Notes: generated from the letters alone by a model not told the origin. 64,000 nucleotides of DNA from Ginglymostoma cirratum (GCA_024137785.1 JAHRHZ010000223.1:27621919-27685918), one strand, 5' to 3'. Shown: positions 1 to 13,339, counted from the stretch's first letter. Program-made: numbers and translations.

Positions 1-120
1 GGGTCCAGACCCGAAACGTCAGCTTTCCTGCTCCTCTGATGCTGCTTAGCCTGCTGTGTTCATCCAGCTGTACACCTTGTTGACTCAGATTCTCCAGCAT
101 CAGCAGTTCCTACTATCTCT
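1..120 (+). mobile_element. Short Penelope-derived element, family A (truncated at window edge)
   Basis: gggtccagacccgaaacgtcagctttcctgctcctctgatgctgc...cctactatctct, shared with 8 other copies in the window. Confidence 0.7.
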
Positions 121-446
121 GGATTTAGAGTTGGTGCTTTTCCTACGAGTACTGTTGTAAAATTATGAATTTGCTTTGGTTCAGATAGACTTCAATTCTG
201 CTGAAATGTATTTGTATAAACACTAATTTAAAATCCTCCTTAAATGAATGCAAATAGGCCATGTAACAGAATGTAATTTTTACTTTTTTTAAACTGTTTC
301 ATTATACTTGTTGATACATTTGAGTGATAAGCAGGTGCCAGTTACATTAATACAAGCAAAAATGGTTTAACATCTTTCACCTGAGAGTAAGCTGCTTTAT
401 GAAGACCTAAAAATAAGAGAGTAGTTCAATATTTTGTAAACCCTAG

Positions 447-580
447 CCTTCTTCAGAAAAGGATCTAGGCCCGAAACGTCAGCTTTCCTGCTCCTCTGAT
501 GCTGCTTGGCCTGCTGTGTTCATCCAGCTCTACACCTTGTTATCTCAGATTCTCCAGCATCTGCAGTTCCTATTATCTCT
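447..580 (+). mobile_element. Short Penelope-derived element, family A, with inverted 5' remnant
   Basis: ccttcttcagaaaa (reverse complement of the element head) is joined to ggatctaggcccgaaacgtcag...attatctct. Confidence 0.7.
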
Positions 581-3500
581 GGTACAAAAAATGTTTTTTT
601 AATGTGTACCTATAAGTGGAGGTAAGAAATTAATGCAATTGGAAGAACATTCTTGACACAACACAATAGGTGGCAGCTCATAATTTTGACCCAAGACGTG
701 GCTAGCTTTGTGGAAGGGGCATGACTGAGGTTAACTGAATTAGTATGAAGTACATGTACATTTTAAAAACGGTAATGACTGATTGTCACCTGTCTGAACT
801 CCTGAAAAAAAAAACTTGTCATGCAATCAATGTCAAGATGTTACACTTGTCAATTTATCGAATCAGCAAAATTCAATATTGATCACACAACCCTAAATCC
901 AGATTACTTAGGCATATAGTTAGTAAGGGCAGCTTGTACCGTAAATCTGTCATTTACCATTAAATCAAGTAACACAGTAGGATGTAATCTGATGCAACTC
1001 AGATGTTGAGTTTATCCTATTCAGAAGCTGTCAATATCATAAGAACAAGATTTGAGATGATTATGTTTCAAACTACCTCTTTTAATTCAAGGCAAAATGG
1101 AGTACGTGACCTCCGACTAGCTCTGCTTGGCATTAAACCAAAGTTGTCACTGGGACCAGGGGCCCAGATTAAATCCTGGTGAAACTCAAGTGATAGCTTT
1201 CACACCTGAAGAAAGGCAGAGACATTTGGCCTGGTTTTATGGAGGCAGGGTAAACAGCCTCAGCTGGAGAAGAAGCTGGTCTCTGAGGTACCAAAGTTCA
1301 GAGACAATATCTTTCAACAAGTTTAAAGACACTGGAAGATTTGTCCTGGGGAGGCTTGAAGGAGTCATTTCCAGAGTAGGTATTATTTCTGAAAACCAGT
1401 TCAGGGATCTCCAAAGATTGAAGTACACAAACTTAATGGACACTGGATGAAGACAATTGAGCCTGTTGGAAGCAACAAATCATTTTGAACTGGTTGTTGC
1501 AAAAACTACAATTCCGCAGGAGTACAGGGCAATATAAAAAGTATTTGCATGTGGTCCTTGGGTGTTCTAGGAAGTTAAACCTTTTCTGTAGTTTTGCGCA
1601 TGTATGAGTCGTCATGTAAGTAATACTTAGTTGATGTAGACGTTAGAACAGAAGTCTTAAAACATGAAATATTGTCAAGTGATCCTTTGAGCCAGTCACT
1701 GGGAGTTCAAAACTCTTCTTAAAAGATGCCAGTCTCCTCAGCAATCACAATGATAAACAAGTGCCAGACGGAAATATGTCTTCCTCCACCTTTTCCCTCT
1801 AAATAAGCAGACTTGAAGTGGTTAGCAGAAACAATAGCAAAAAAACCTCAAGCACTCAAACTGAAACAGATTGATTCCAGGGTGTGCGGCAGAAAGAACA
1901 TGTTGACAACAAAATCTGAATTACAGGCTGTTGCTGTCTGGTAAGAAATAATCCTGCTGAAACCAAGGCTAACACAAGTACTTGTATAAACTGCATCAAT
2001 ATAGCCACATGAGGCATCTTTAATAACTTTAAACTTGCACAATGAATAATTTTAAAAGGGTCATCCTGATCAGAGACTTCTTCGAAAAAAAAGTTTCAAG
2101 TTCTTCTCAATTTTGTAGCTTTGGCTTCAACCAGCATTTTAGGACATACATTTAATAAAGAATTCGAGTGAATGCCAACAAGTTCTAATGCTGCTTCAAG
2201 GCATGTCTGTCAACTTGAAGCAATATTATGAATAGACCAAAAATCTATTTGGGTCAACAACGGCTTGAGGGTCAGATGTTCATCACTTGGCAGACTGGTG
2301 TGCCAATTGCAACACTTGCGAAAGGCATTTAAGAAAAACTCAAATATTCCAGCAAAAAAAAATGTGATTAAAAAAATCCAATGCAAAGCAAAGAAGACAG
2401 CACTGAAATTTCACAAATTGGAAATAGTTTCTTCCTCAACACAAGAGTTTTCTCAAGAATTCTCAACAATGCTAGAGCAAAAATGGACATTGCATTTTTT
2501 TCTGTACTCTAGAGTCATGAAGAATTGACAGCTAGCACACAAATAGAGTTCTTAGGCAAAGAAACAATGTAGAAACTTAATTAGGTCTATAAAGCAGATC
2601 TGATTGCAAGGTTGAATAATAGATGTATTTTTAATCATTTGAAGCAAAATGTCAAGATTCTGTGATTTTACAAGTAGTTACATATATCCTTATAATTTCA
2701 AGTCTGAAATCTATCCAATATAGGTTCCAAGGTAATTAAGTGCCATTTCAACCAAACCTCCTACCAACCAATTCCCAATTAAAGCTTAGGAGTCTTAAAT
2801 TGTCAAAGCATTAATAACATCTGGGTGAAAATGCTCAATGGCGCACTTGGAAATCCACATATAACAATTTTTCAGGAGCTAATGCAAGGAGTACATATTA
2901 AAGTGAACAAGTAACTTTTTTTCAGAAAAGAGCCTCTTATCAAGATTATCAAACGATTACCATTTGTTCAGTGCACATAACGATGGAGAAACTTATATTT
3001 CTTATGACAGGAGTTCTGATAAAAAGATTATGAATTAGAGGTATAAAGAGGCAATATGACTTGAGAGGGAGAAATTGATCCACTTACAGCAATTTCACCA
3101 GTATTATGCTGTTTGAAATGTATCAGTGGTATCAGTTAGACTTCCACTAATGGCACCAATATCTGGTTTTGCCTTGAGATTAACACCTGTAATTTTTCCC
3201 AAGGCACTTTAAAAGTACTTTTAAAAACAATTCACTGGAACTCATACAAACTTGCTTTAGGTTATGAAATACTCCCACATATTTGCCGACTCCCTGAAAA
3301 CGTCCTTAGGCAGGAGAATGGATCTTTTTCCACTCTTCAATGTCAACTACCTCACCAACTAAATATTTATAGAGTTGCCTTCAAAAAGTAATTATAGATG
3401 CTGCATCAATCACTATTCCTTGAAAGACAATCCATATATTAAATGAACCTGCAATGTAAAAATAATTCTAACTGCCCCATTTTCCTTTGGTGACAATCAG

Positions 3501-3814
3501 ATTTGTGGGTGGTGGAATCAGAGACAATCAAGAGTTTCAAAAGAAAGCCAGGTAAGCACTTGAGGAAAATACATTTACAGATTACAGGGATAGAGTACAG
3601 GAATGGTACTGATTGAGCTCTTTCTTGCAATCAATCTTAACTTTACACAGCTTCCAATCCTGTTTCCAGATCTTGTTTTAAAAATCGGCCTGTTCAGCCA
3701 ATCTACGACACCTCTAGAAACAATGAGACGTGAATCCAGTTGTCTGGCATTTAGGTAGTGATACTATGAGCCCTCGGTTGAGGGGAGCTCAGATGCTGGG
3801 AATCCTGCAGTGAC

Positions 3815-4335
3815 TAACTCATCTCCTGACTCCCCAAGGCCTGTCCACCACCTAGAAGGCTCATGCCAAGAGTGTGATGGAATAGTCCTCAATTATCTGG
3901 ATGAATGCAGCTCCAACAACAGGCAAGAGGTTTGACACCGTCCAGAACAAAGCAGCCTCCTTAGCACATTGATTAACATCCACTCCCTCCACCACCAATG
4001 CTCAGTAGTAGTGTGTACTATCTACAAAATGCACTGCAAAAATTCAAAGATTCTAGGCAGGTCCTTCCAAACCCATAGCCACTATCATCTAGAAAGACAA
4101 AGCGAGCAGATACATGGGAACACTACCACCTCCAAGCTGTCCAAGTCATTCACCATCCTGACTTGGAAATATATCATTGTACCTTCAGTGACACCAGGTC
4201 AAAATCTTGAAATTCCCTCCTTAATAGTATTGTAGGTCAACCTACATGGACTGCAGTGGTTCAAGAAGGCAGCTCACCACCACCTTCTCAAGGCAATAAA
4301 TGCTAGCCCAGCCATGTCCCATGAGTGGATAAGAA
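3815..4335 (+). mobile_element. Decayed non-LTR retrotransposon 3' end (CR1/L2-superclade RT C-terminus and tail)
   Basis: Encodes HSLHHQCSVVVCTIYKMHC-type C-terminal residues. The tail gactgcagtggttcaagaaggcagctcaccaccaccttctcaagg recurs at about 13060 and 37530. Confidence 0.65.
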
Positions 4336-4479
4336 AACATCTCTAAAGTGAGCCAGAGGGAGATCAGGCAAATGGCTTCCTTCTATGCACAATGGACTAC
4401 GTCTTTCAACCATCATTTCACTCTGTCAAAAATCTTAGTTTTGAATATCTCTTCCTATGAACTCTGCGCCTCTATTTAT

Positions 4480-4980
4480 GAACTATGTACTCCTGCCTTT
4501 TTAAGCAGCTTTCTCAATTGCTATCTTCAAAGATTTGTGTACATACATCACCAAGCCTCTCAGTTCTTGGTTCCCTGTTAAAACTGCATTGTTGAGTCAA
4601 TACTGCAGTGCTTCACATTTCCTAGCAATATGAAGTCATTTACACTCACTTGCATTAAAGTTTATCTGCTGGGAGCCTACCCAGTTCATCAGTATATTAG
4701 CATCCTGCTTACCATTTGTTACTTTTCCTAGTTTCATGTCACCTGCAAACTTGAAATTATATTCTGTACACCCAGGTCTTGGCCATGCCATTAACATATT
4801 CAAAACAGCAGTCATCCTAACAGCAACCCATTTGGAAATATCACTGCACACTATGGTCTGCTCTCCTTCTGAAAAAAGTGATCATCCAACATAACACTCT
4901 GCTTTTGTCTCTCATCCAATTTTGTATTTACACAGCTACTGCCCTTTAATTCAAGTGTTTAAATTTGGCGAAAAGGTATT
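4480..4980 (-). mobile_element. Old CR1-type LINE RT fragment
   Basis: The ORF remnant KFAGDMKLGKV...FNASECK resembles the CR1 KFADDTKLGG...FNxxKCK motifs. Confidence 0.65.
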
Positions 4981-5894
4981 TGATAGATACACTGGTGAGG
5001 ATGTGGTCAAGTAGACTATTCCTTCATGTTGGCTCTCACCACTGACACAAGTTCCAATTGGTTGTTAATGTCCCTCAGAACTCTAGTAGCATGCCCAAGT
5101 TACTCTTCACCCTGGGCATTGCAGAGGCCCCACTCAAAACTATATGTGCTCTTGTTATAGTCAATGCTTTCTCCATGTGATGTTTAACATGTAACGTAAC
5201 TTAGGTAACAGTTGAGGGAGAGGAGGAAAGTGGATGGTAATAAGTTAGAAGCTGCTTTGTCAATGTTTGACCTGAAGCTAGAGGCTTCGTGTGGTGCAAA
5301 GTCAATGCTGAGGAATTCAAATAGATATGGTACTGGAACAAAGAGTCAAAGAATTTGAGAAATAGAGATAATTTTGAGAGCATAATTATGGCAGTCTGTC
5401 ACTCCACATCCCTGTTATACACCTCTCCCAATTTCACTACCATTCTACAAATTTTGGTGAGGGTGGTTTTGCAGAGTCATCTGGGTGATACTTATATTTG
5501 AATTTGATGCCCAAGGCACAGTATGTCCTATTTAAATTTTCCTTTTTTTAATACAGTGGCTTGAGACTATTGATTGGACTGCCAGGTTATGTTAAGGGCA
5601 GTTAGCATTCAACCTTTAATTCCATAATGCAAGGATGTATCAAGGTCAGAGCAAGTAAGAACATGTTTCGTCAGCTAAATAACATATTCAACATCAACAC
5701 AATTTTTATAAGTAACTTCCACTTGTCAGACATAACTTGCCTTTTGCAAATCTACAACTGGTCAAAATGTTCATCATCACTGAACAACAACTATGTCATG
5801 GAGTTACTGTAATGTTCATGTGACACACTAATTTATTAGGCTAAAATCTTTTCCACACAAATTTAATGTTCAGACAGGCTCCTCACAAACACTA

Positions 5895-6123
5895 AAATAA
5901 AACAAAGAACTGTGTGTGCAGGAGATCTGAAACAAAGGCAGAAATTGCTAGTGAAATTCAGGACTGGCATCATCTGTGGAGAGAAAACAGTAAACGTTTT
6001 GCATCCACTGACTGACTCTTCATCAGAACTCCTGAAGAAGAGTCACTGGACCAGAATCATTAACTCTGCTTTCTTCCCACAAATGCTACCAGACCTGCTA
6101 AGTTGTCAGCAATTTCTGTTATT
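5895..6123. mobile_element. Palindromic Penelope-derived element, family B
   Basis: Inverted arms meet at ctcttcatcagaactcctgaagaagag. Degenerate flanking duplication at 5878-5894 and 6124-6140. Confidence 0.65.
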
Positions 6124-6242
6124 GCTCCTTATAAATAGTACGGTTTTGAAATTCTGTTTAAAAAAGTTAAAGCAGCCCTTATAGTGATTGGTAGCTTAAT
6201 AATGGTTTAGAAATTTTAATATCCTTTTTGTTTAAAACTTCT

Positions 6243-6755
6243 TCAGTATTGGAAGGATATGATTACGCTGGAGAGAATGCAGAGGAGATTCACCAGGCTC
6301 TTACCTGCAATGAAAAGTCTCAGTTATGAGGAGAGACATGATAGGCTGGGTTAGTTTTCCCTGGAGCAGAGAAGGCTAAGAGGGAATCTGATTAAGGTAC
6401 ACAAAATTGTGAGCCTAGACAGGGTAGATCGTGGAAATTTTTTTCCACATGGTAGGCCAAGAACAGAGGCTACAAGTTAAAAGGCGATGAGCAAGTGGTT
6501 TAGAGGAGATCTGAGAAAAAAAAAATTTCATTCAGTGGGTGGTAGAAGTGTGGAACATGCTGCCTGAGAGGATGGTGGAGGCAGGTACTCTCTCAACATC
6601 TAAGCAGCATCTGGATGAGTACTTAAAATGCCAGGGCATTTAGGCTATGGACCAAATGCAAGTAAATGGGACTAGTGTGGTTTGGTAGTTCTTGGTTGGT
6701 ATAGACATTGTGGACTGAAGGGCCTGTTTCTATGCTGCATGTCTCTACTACTCTA
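6243..6755 (+). mobile_element. CR1/HER1 LINE 3' fragment
   Basis: LERMQRRFTR / SYEER.DRLG..SLEQRRLRG.LI motifs and a HER1-type 3' tail (gaagggcctgtttctatgctg). Confidence 0.85.
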
Positions 6756-7538
6756 GATACTCCACAAGGGGTTACAGTGATTTGGAGATGGAAACAGCAA
6801 ATGCTAGTAACACAATTTCAGTTTAGAAACTTCCATATTTTACTGTGAACATGGAATATCAGATAGATTTATATTTCCCTGAACAATTTATGTTCAAAAC
6901 ATCAAATTATTTCACTGGCAATCCAAAAACATTTGATGTTTCACAGTCACAGTTTGATAATCTACAAAATCAAGCCTACAAAATCAATGTGAAAATGTAC
7001 AACGAACAAGAAACATTGACTAGCAAGAGAAAACACAGCTACCTTTTGTCAGCTATCTGCCACCATTAAATGTAGATAGTCAAGTTTCATCTGTGTCAAC
7101 ATATTGTACTATTAACATGTTTGTGTCACTATATATTTATTAGCTTGCGTTCCATTTGTTTTCTGTTTATTGCTTCCTAACACAAACAAAACATATTATA
7201 CACTGCAAACAAGTACACTTAGTTCATACATAGTATTCAAAATTTTATTTGGTTTAAAAAAATATTCATAATTAATAGACATTCTGGAAGGAAATGTGGA
7301 AAAAAAAGAGTTGTCGGCATATTGTGCAGGAGACCAGAGAGGTTGAAGAGATGAATCTCCAGCAAAGGGGAAAGGAGTTGAAAAACGCATTGGTTTACAT
7401 TTGTAAACTATTATACTACATATTAGTGTAGGATCATAAAATACGGCAGTATTTAGGTCATTAAGCTGGAACTTGTACGATCCAAAGTCTAAACTGTAAA
7501 AAAAAGAGATGAAATTGATAACAGTAGCATCAAATTAC

Positions 7539-7670
7539 CTTCACTATAAAAAGGACTTGATGTATCACAGTCTGCTGATTCATCGTGGACTGAAGCTGCT
7601 GCTTCTCTTTCAGACATATTGTTGTCATCAGTTAGATTCTCCTCGCCTTCCTCCATTTCATCAGCGGAAC
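7539..7670 (-). CDS. ZFPM1: ZFPM1 coding exon 2 (132 nt, phase 1-1), acidic N-terminal region
   Basis: Acceptor tttcttttgtttaaag|GT and donor GAAG|gtaat. Splicing to exon 1 gives C+GT=Arg, then SADEMEEGEENLTDDNNMSEREAAASVHDESADCDTSSPFYSE. RSADEMEEGEE resembles human FOG1 RSLGDMEAREE (from memory), with Met19 in register. Confidence 0.85.
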
Positions 7671-8202
7671 CTTTAAACAAAAGAAATTCCTTTGATAAAT
7701 CAAAGAAAAACTCAAAGTAGCAAGTGAGGGATTTCCTTGACTCAAAATCAAGTTTCTTCAGCTAACATATTGATCCCGACTACTGGTCATCCACATAAAT
7801 CAACTTAAGGCTATTTTCACAAAAAATATTACTTCCACAAAAGTTTTGTCAGCATCTGATCATGGAAATGACAACACAGAATGAAGTCACTGAGTGCTTG
7901 CATCTGTGCTCATGCTAACTTCTCAACTGAATATATCTATGAGCAGATTATGTAAATTTTACTAGTGAGAGAACAACATACATCGTCAGGAATAGGGTTA
8001 CAAAACAGAGTGAATACTTACGAACGTTAGGTGCTATTTGTTTCATATAGTCATGCATTTCTTTATTAAACAAGGTTATTTTTTAAAAAATTAATGTTAA
8101 AACTCTAAATTTCCTTTTTCTGCACAGAAGCTGGCGTGCAACAGCTGGGAGAATTTAGCTTTCAGTTAGGGTCATGCTTGCAAAACACAAGCCAGATAAT
8201 CT

Positions 8203-8300
8203 CCATTTCTGATGAAGGGTTTAGGCCCGAAACGTCAAGTTTTCCTGCTCCTATGATGCTGCTTGACCTGCTGTGCTCATCCAGCCCCATGCTTGTTATC
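8203..8300 (+). mobile_element. Short Penelope-derived element, family A, intact minimal hammerhead core, 11-bp TSD
   Basis: CTGATGA-agggtttaggccc-GAAACGTC at 8209-8236. ccagataatct is duplicated at 8192-8202 and 8301-8311. Confidence 0.8.
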
Positions 8301-10079
8301 CCAGATAATCTACTGTTAGGTGTAATTCCATAATTCGCAACACTTGCTCAACAGTTTGAGTGTGCTGGTAGTTACACTAACAATCAATTTAACTTAACTA
8401 GTCAAACACATAACACAAGTTATTTAATCTTTTTAGAAATGATATACATTCATACACAGGTAACCTCTGCTCTGTAAACAAAGGAACATGTTCATGCCTC
8501 ACACATTTTTTGAACTACCAGAGGGGTTGGGAGACCCTATAATTTCCTGATGTTTTCACCATGACAATGTCTTCTTTAGAGTCAGTGCCAATCAGTTAGC
8601 ATCCCCTTCTTCAGTAGCATAAATTGTTGAGATTGTTTGAACATTCTGGTGTTTGCCCTGATGAGTGTAAATAAAAGAAGTTTCAGCGACATATTCTCTT
8701 TCCAGCAATATAACAGAGTCTTCATATTTTTGGTTAAGCTTGTTCTGAACATTCAAATTAAAAATATTGATCCATAATGACTAACAAATACACAGTCTCT
8801 GATGCAGCAAAAAAAAGGGATTGCTCAACTTGGAGCTGCAGAGTTTCTTTTTGCCAAACAATCACAGAATGAATATATCACAAAAAGAGGGTTACATTTG
8901 TCTTGTCAAACCCATGGCGCTTCACAAAAATAATTTAGCCAGACTTACTTCCCAGTCCCTTTGCTGTAGCCCTGCATTGTTTTCTCTGTAGCAGCCTATC
9001 CAATTCCATTTTGTAAACCATTAAAGTGGTTATTAAATTAAACAAAATATGATCATGATTTATTACAGTCACAGAAATGCTCTTACCATTTTCGGAAGGG
9101 TGAAATACTATATTTTGCTCAATAGCAAAATACATAATTCCAAGGATGCAATAGAAGTCAAGGCAAATTTCAGTTGTTGTTATAATAACACAGATCATCA
9201 AAATATGCCAAGTTCACACCTGAAAACATTTGATAGAGGTTTTAAAACATCTCATTATTTAAAATGTGATTTGGTAGATCCATTTTGTAATCAACAACAG
9301 GGCTGCTGAGAGAGATAATGTGAAACACAATGTTTGTGGTTTCCTAATTAAATGACTTCTGTAACAGGTGTATTCCTGCCATCAAGGAAAGAAAGATGAT
9401 TTAATGTTACTGTCAATTTTTGTTAAGAATGGGAGCACACAACGAACATTTCCATGCTGTTTGACCAACGGGATCATCTTATTAAATCCTGACCCTGTTC
9501 TCATCCAATACCTACAAGTGTGCACTTTCTAGTAAAAGGCATGGCTAGCAATCAAGATCAGAAAATACAAATTGCTCCATCCTTACTTCCTTTGCCTGAC
9601 AGGCACTCAAGGTAATTGCCACAACCCTGCTTAGACCTTGCTTGGGAGCAATTAACTCATGACCTGCAGAATGCAATTTTCCAAGTTCTTATGTTGAATG
9701 GCACAATTTCACATTAGGCATTTCTAGTATTAGGTCACAAGAACTTAAATGTTAAAAAATGCAACATTGTCATATATTCAAAACATCTCTACTATGACAT
9801 TTTTGTTCTTTGACTAAAAAGCTAATGGACAGATTGCCCCAAGTGAGGAACAGAGAATTCTTGGCGAAGTCCTCCAGTGCCCTCATGAAATATGCAATCT
9901 CTGGACAGTTTATTGTATTCACTCATTTCATATAGTAGAAATTTTATTTCTTCTTAATATTAATATACCAGTGACACTGACATGGGATTCCTATTTATTT
10001 TGGGTAGAATCAGCACGATTTCAAAGTCATATTCCTCTATCCATATACATAAGCTCATCTAAAATTTCTGCTGCCAATA

Positions 10080-10440
10080 TCCTAACTTATACAGTCTGCT
10101 CATCCATCACATTGCATTCACTGATGTATGCAGACTTCCAATTAAGCATAACGATTTTAAAACTCTCATCCTTCTTTTCAAATACCTCTGATAATTTCAC
10201 CCCCTGAAACTCTGCAACCTCTTCCTAATCTACAAGCCTCTGAGAAATTGGCAGTTGTCCAATTCTGGCATCTTGCAGGTCCCTGGTTTTAATTTGCTCC
10301 ACCATTGCCAGTTAGGCTTTCAGCTACGTAGGTCCTGGAATTCTTTCCCCAAATTGCTATACCTCTTTTTCCTTCTTTTAGATACTGTTTAAAACCTACT
10401 GCTGTGGTCAGTTGTTCTAATGTCCCTTTTTGTGATCCAG
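10080..10440 (+). mobile_element. Decayed L2-type LINE 3' end
   Basis: gattttaaaactctcatccttcttttcaaatacctc...ttcagct...ctggaattc pattern, homologous to 18000-18245. Confidence 0.55.
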
Positions 10441-11299
10441 ATGTTGAAATATTCTAAATATCAAATAACCAATTGGCTTGCGGCTTGAAGTGATACAATG
10501 TTTTTACTTGATAAAGCTCTTGTGAAATGTCTTGTCTTTTTTAAAAGTAGTAAATTTTCCAAGAGAAATGCAAGTTGCTGTGTAGCTATAACCTAAGCAG
10601 TTTGTTTTGAAAAAAGTACTTTCTTTATATACTGAGAATTCCATAAGAGACAAAGTATAAGATTCGTTAGCCACAAGTAGGTTCACACAATAACAAAATT
10701 GGAAAGTCACAACCGACGGATATACATGCACCACATACAATTTGTTCCCTGGTCTTCACATACTGTTAAATCAATATAAATATGTGGTTAAATATAGGTT
10801 TGCATGGAACTGTACATTTCTACAATGCTGCAGATTATGAACTGCTTCACTGGTTCAATGCCACTTGGAACAGTTAAAACGTTGCTGATTGTTGGAACTT
10901 ACATGAATGTTCATCTATTCTGCCTTGCTGGTTGAGACTATTCACATTTTAAGTGGCAAATTAATTTTTTTTTAGTAAGAAATGAATATCAATTTCTCAA
11001 AAAATGCCATATTGACCAAAAGTCAGAAAACAGTGTAAAAAAAATTAGAGCAGAAATCAAACTTACTAGCCTGTCATATTTCACAGCAAATTTTACTGAA
11101 GCCATTGCAGGTTTTAGAAGTGAACTAAATTGCATTCCTTTGTCAGGTCAGTTATTTTATTCATTTGTCAGCTCTTTGGCACTTGTTGTTTATCCATGTA
11201 TTGCTCACTCAGATTTATCGGTTGACCATTAACTACAATTTAACAGCACTGGGAAAAACAAATCTTTTAGGGCAAGATGTTTACAGAAAATGCATGAAC

Positions 11300-11945
11300 A
11301 TACGTAGAACAGTGACAACCATGGTGCCATTCTAAGTTAATCCCATCTGCCTGCATATAGTTCACAACCCGCTATTCCCCACTTATTCATGTGTCCATCT
11401 AAATGCCTCTTAAACACTACTATCAAATCTGTTTCTACCACCTTCCCTGGCACTACCTACTCTGTGAAAAAAAACTTGCCTTGCACAGCTCCTTTAAACT
11501 TCCCCTGCTCACTTTAAACCTATGCCCCTAGGATTTGACACTTCCACCTGGGAAAAAGACTCCAACTATCCATGCCTGTCCTAATTTTATATACTTCTAT
11601 CAGGCCGTCCCTCAGCCTCCAACTCTCTAGCGAGAACAGTACAAGTTTATCCAACCTCTCCTTGTGGCTTATACACTCCAGTCCAGGCGGCATCCTGATG
11701 AACCTCTTCGGCACCTTCTCCAAAGCCTCCACGTCCTTTCTAAGGTGTGGCAACCAGAACTGCACACAAGACTTCAAATTTCTGAAGAAGGGTCTAGGCC
11801 CGAAACATCAGCCTTCTTGCTCCTCTGATGCTGCTTGGCCTGCTGTGTTCATCCAGCTCTACACCTTGTTATCTCAGACTCCCAATGTGGCCTGGCTCAA
11901 GTCTTATACAGCTGCAAGATGACTTGCCAATGTTCACACTCAATG
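11300..11945 (-). mobile_element. CR1/HER1 LINE 3' fragment interrupted by a family A element
   Basis: ORF remnant CVQFWLPHLRKDVEALEKVPKRFIRM...RLRDGLIEVYKI. Confidence 0.85.
11780..11875 (+). mobile_element. Short Penelope-derived element, family A, nested in CR1
   Basis: ttctgaagaagggtctaggcccgaaacatcag...ttatctc, flanked by agacttcaaat and agactcccaat (9/11 match). Confidence 0.75.
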
Positions 11946-13339
11946 CTCAATGGATTTCAAAATAATTCCATACATAGACCCACAGTTGCACTTCATTTTT
12001 AAATGGAGATTAGAATTGAACAAAACACAGAAATACAAATAATTTACACAGAGTTATGAGAAATACTCACATTCGAGAGGTGGTTTATCTATATACCCAG
12101 AACATTAAATACATCAGTTTATTTTGGAACTTTAGATATTATAGTTTAAGAGGTCTTCAGTCAAGTAAATGTGTAAGTCCTCATTTGTTTGGAGGAAGAT
12201 AGGGAAAATGTGTTGTTTTGAGGTTGAGAACTCTGAAAGAACAGGATTTCCTCTGACTGGCGAAGTAAAAAAGGCTTGCTTTAACTTGATTAAAATTAAA
12301 ATGGAGATTAAATCTGAGGCACATAACCTCATTATAATAATGAAATATTTATCTTTGTTCCACCTCTGTTAAAATCAAAATGTTCAGGTTCAAAGTTGGT
12401 TAGGTTCAAGTTTGATATCTCCATTTTCTTTTAATGTCTCACCCCACCCAAACCAAGTCATTTATTGGGCAGCGCACAATTGTTAATTTTACCCTTATCT
12501 ACTCAGATCTAATTTCACTTCCATTTTCCCTATATTCTTCCTTTCAAAACACCCAAGTGACATTATAATGCCTGTTAAAATAACTAGTAGCAAAAAATAT
12601 CACTTCTTAATGTTAAATAAGATGGTGAAATTGTGCCTATGATTTTTTTTTTCCCTGACTATGCTCATCTATGCTTCTTGTAACTGATTCAACTAGTAAA
12701 AATAATCTTTCACTATTTTTATTTCTCTGTTACAGTAAAGGAAAAAAAATTTCAACTTTTTGAGTTGATCATGAATAAAACTTCCAATAGGCACTGAACC
12801 CCGTCGCCGCACAGAGGCAGCAGTGTGTACATTGTTAAGATGTGCTGAAGCAAATTACCAAAACTCCTTCAACTGCAGTTTCCAACTCTGCAACTTCCAC
12901 CAGAGAATAACATGGGCAGCAGACACATGGGAATGCCACTTCTTGAAAGTCATATGCCATCCTTACTACAAATATTACTGCTCTTATACAGCTATTAGTC
13001 AAAATCCTGGGGCTCCCTTTCTCACAGCAATATGGGTGATCTTATGGGCAATTTAAAATGGACTGTAGCCGTTCAAGAAAGCAGCTCACCACCTCCTGTT
13101 CAAAGCAATCAGCAATAGGTAATTATTGCTGGACTCGTCAGCAAGGCTCACACCTCAAGAAAAAACTGTTTCAAATGATTTTCAAAGGATGAAGGGAATA
13201 GATTCTATCCTTTATTATAGATTATATGATATGGATAAAAGAAACAGGAGGAATAATTATGAAAAAATAGTGACTAGATTTTACAGTGAGTGGTGAAGAC
13301 TGGTGCTTGTTGATTAAGTCTGCTGACAGTGGTAGGACA

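Noticed and set aside
7666-7675. AG|GT at the start of exon 2 as a recursive splice site
   Set aside because: GTTCCG is a poor donor, and the GT is dictated by the Arg14 codon.
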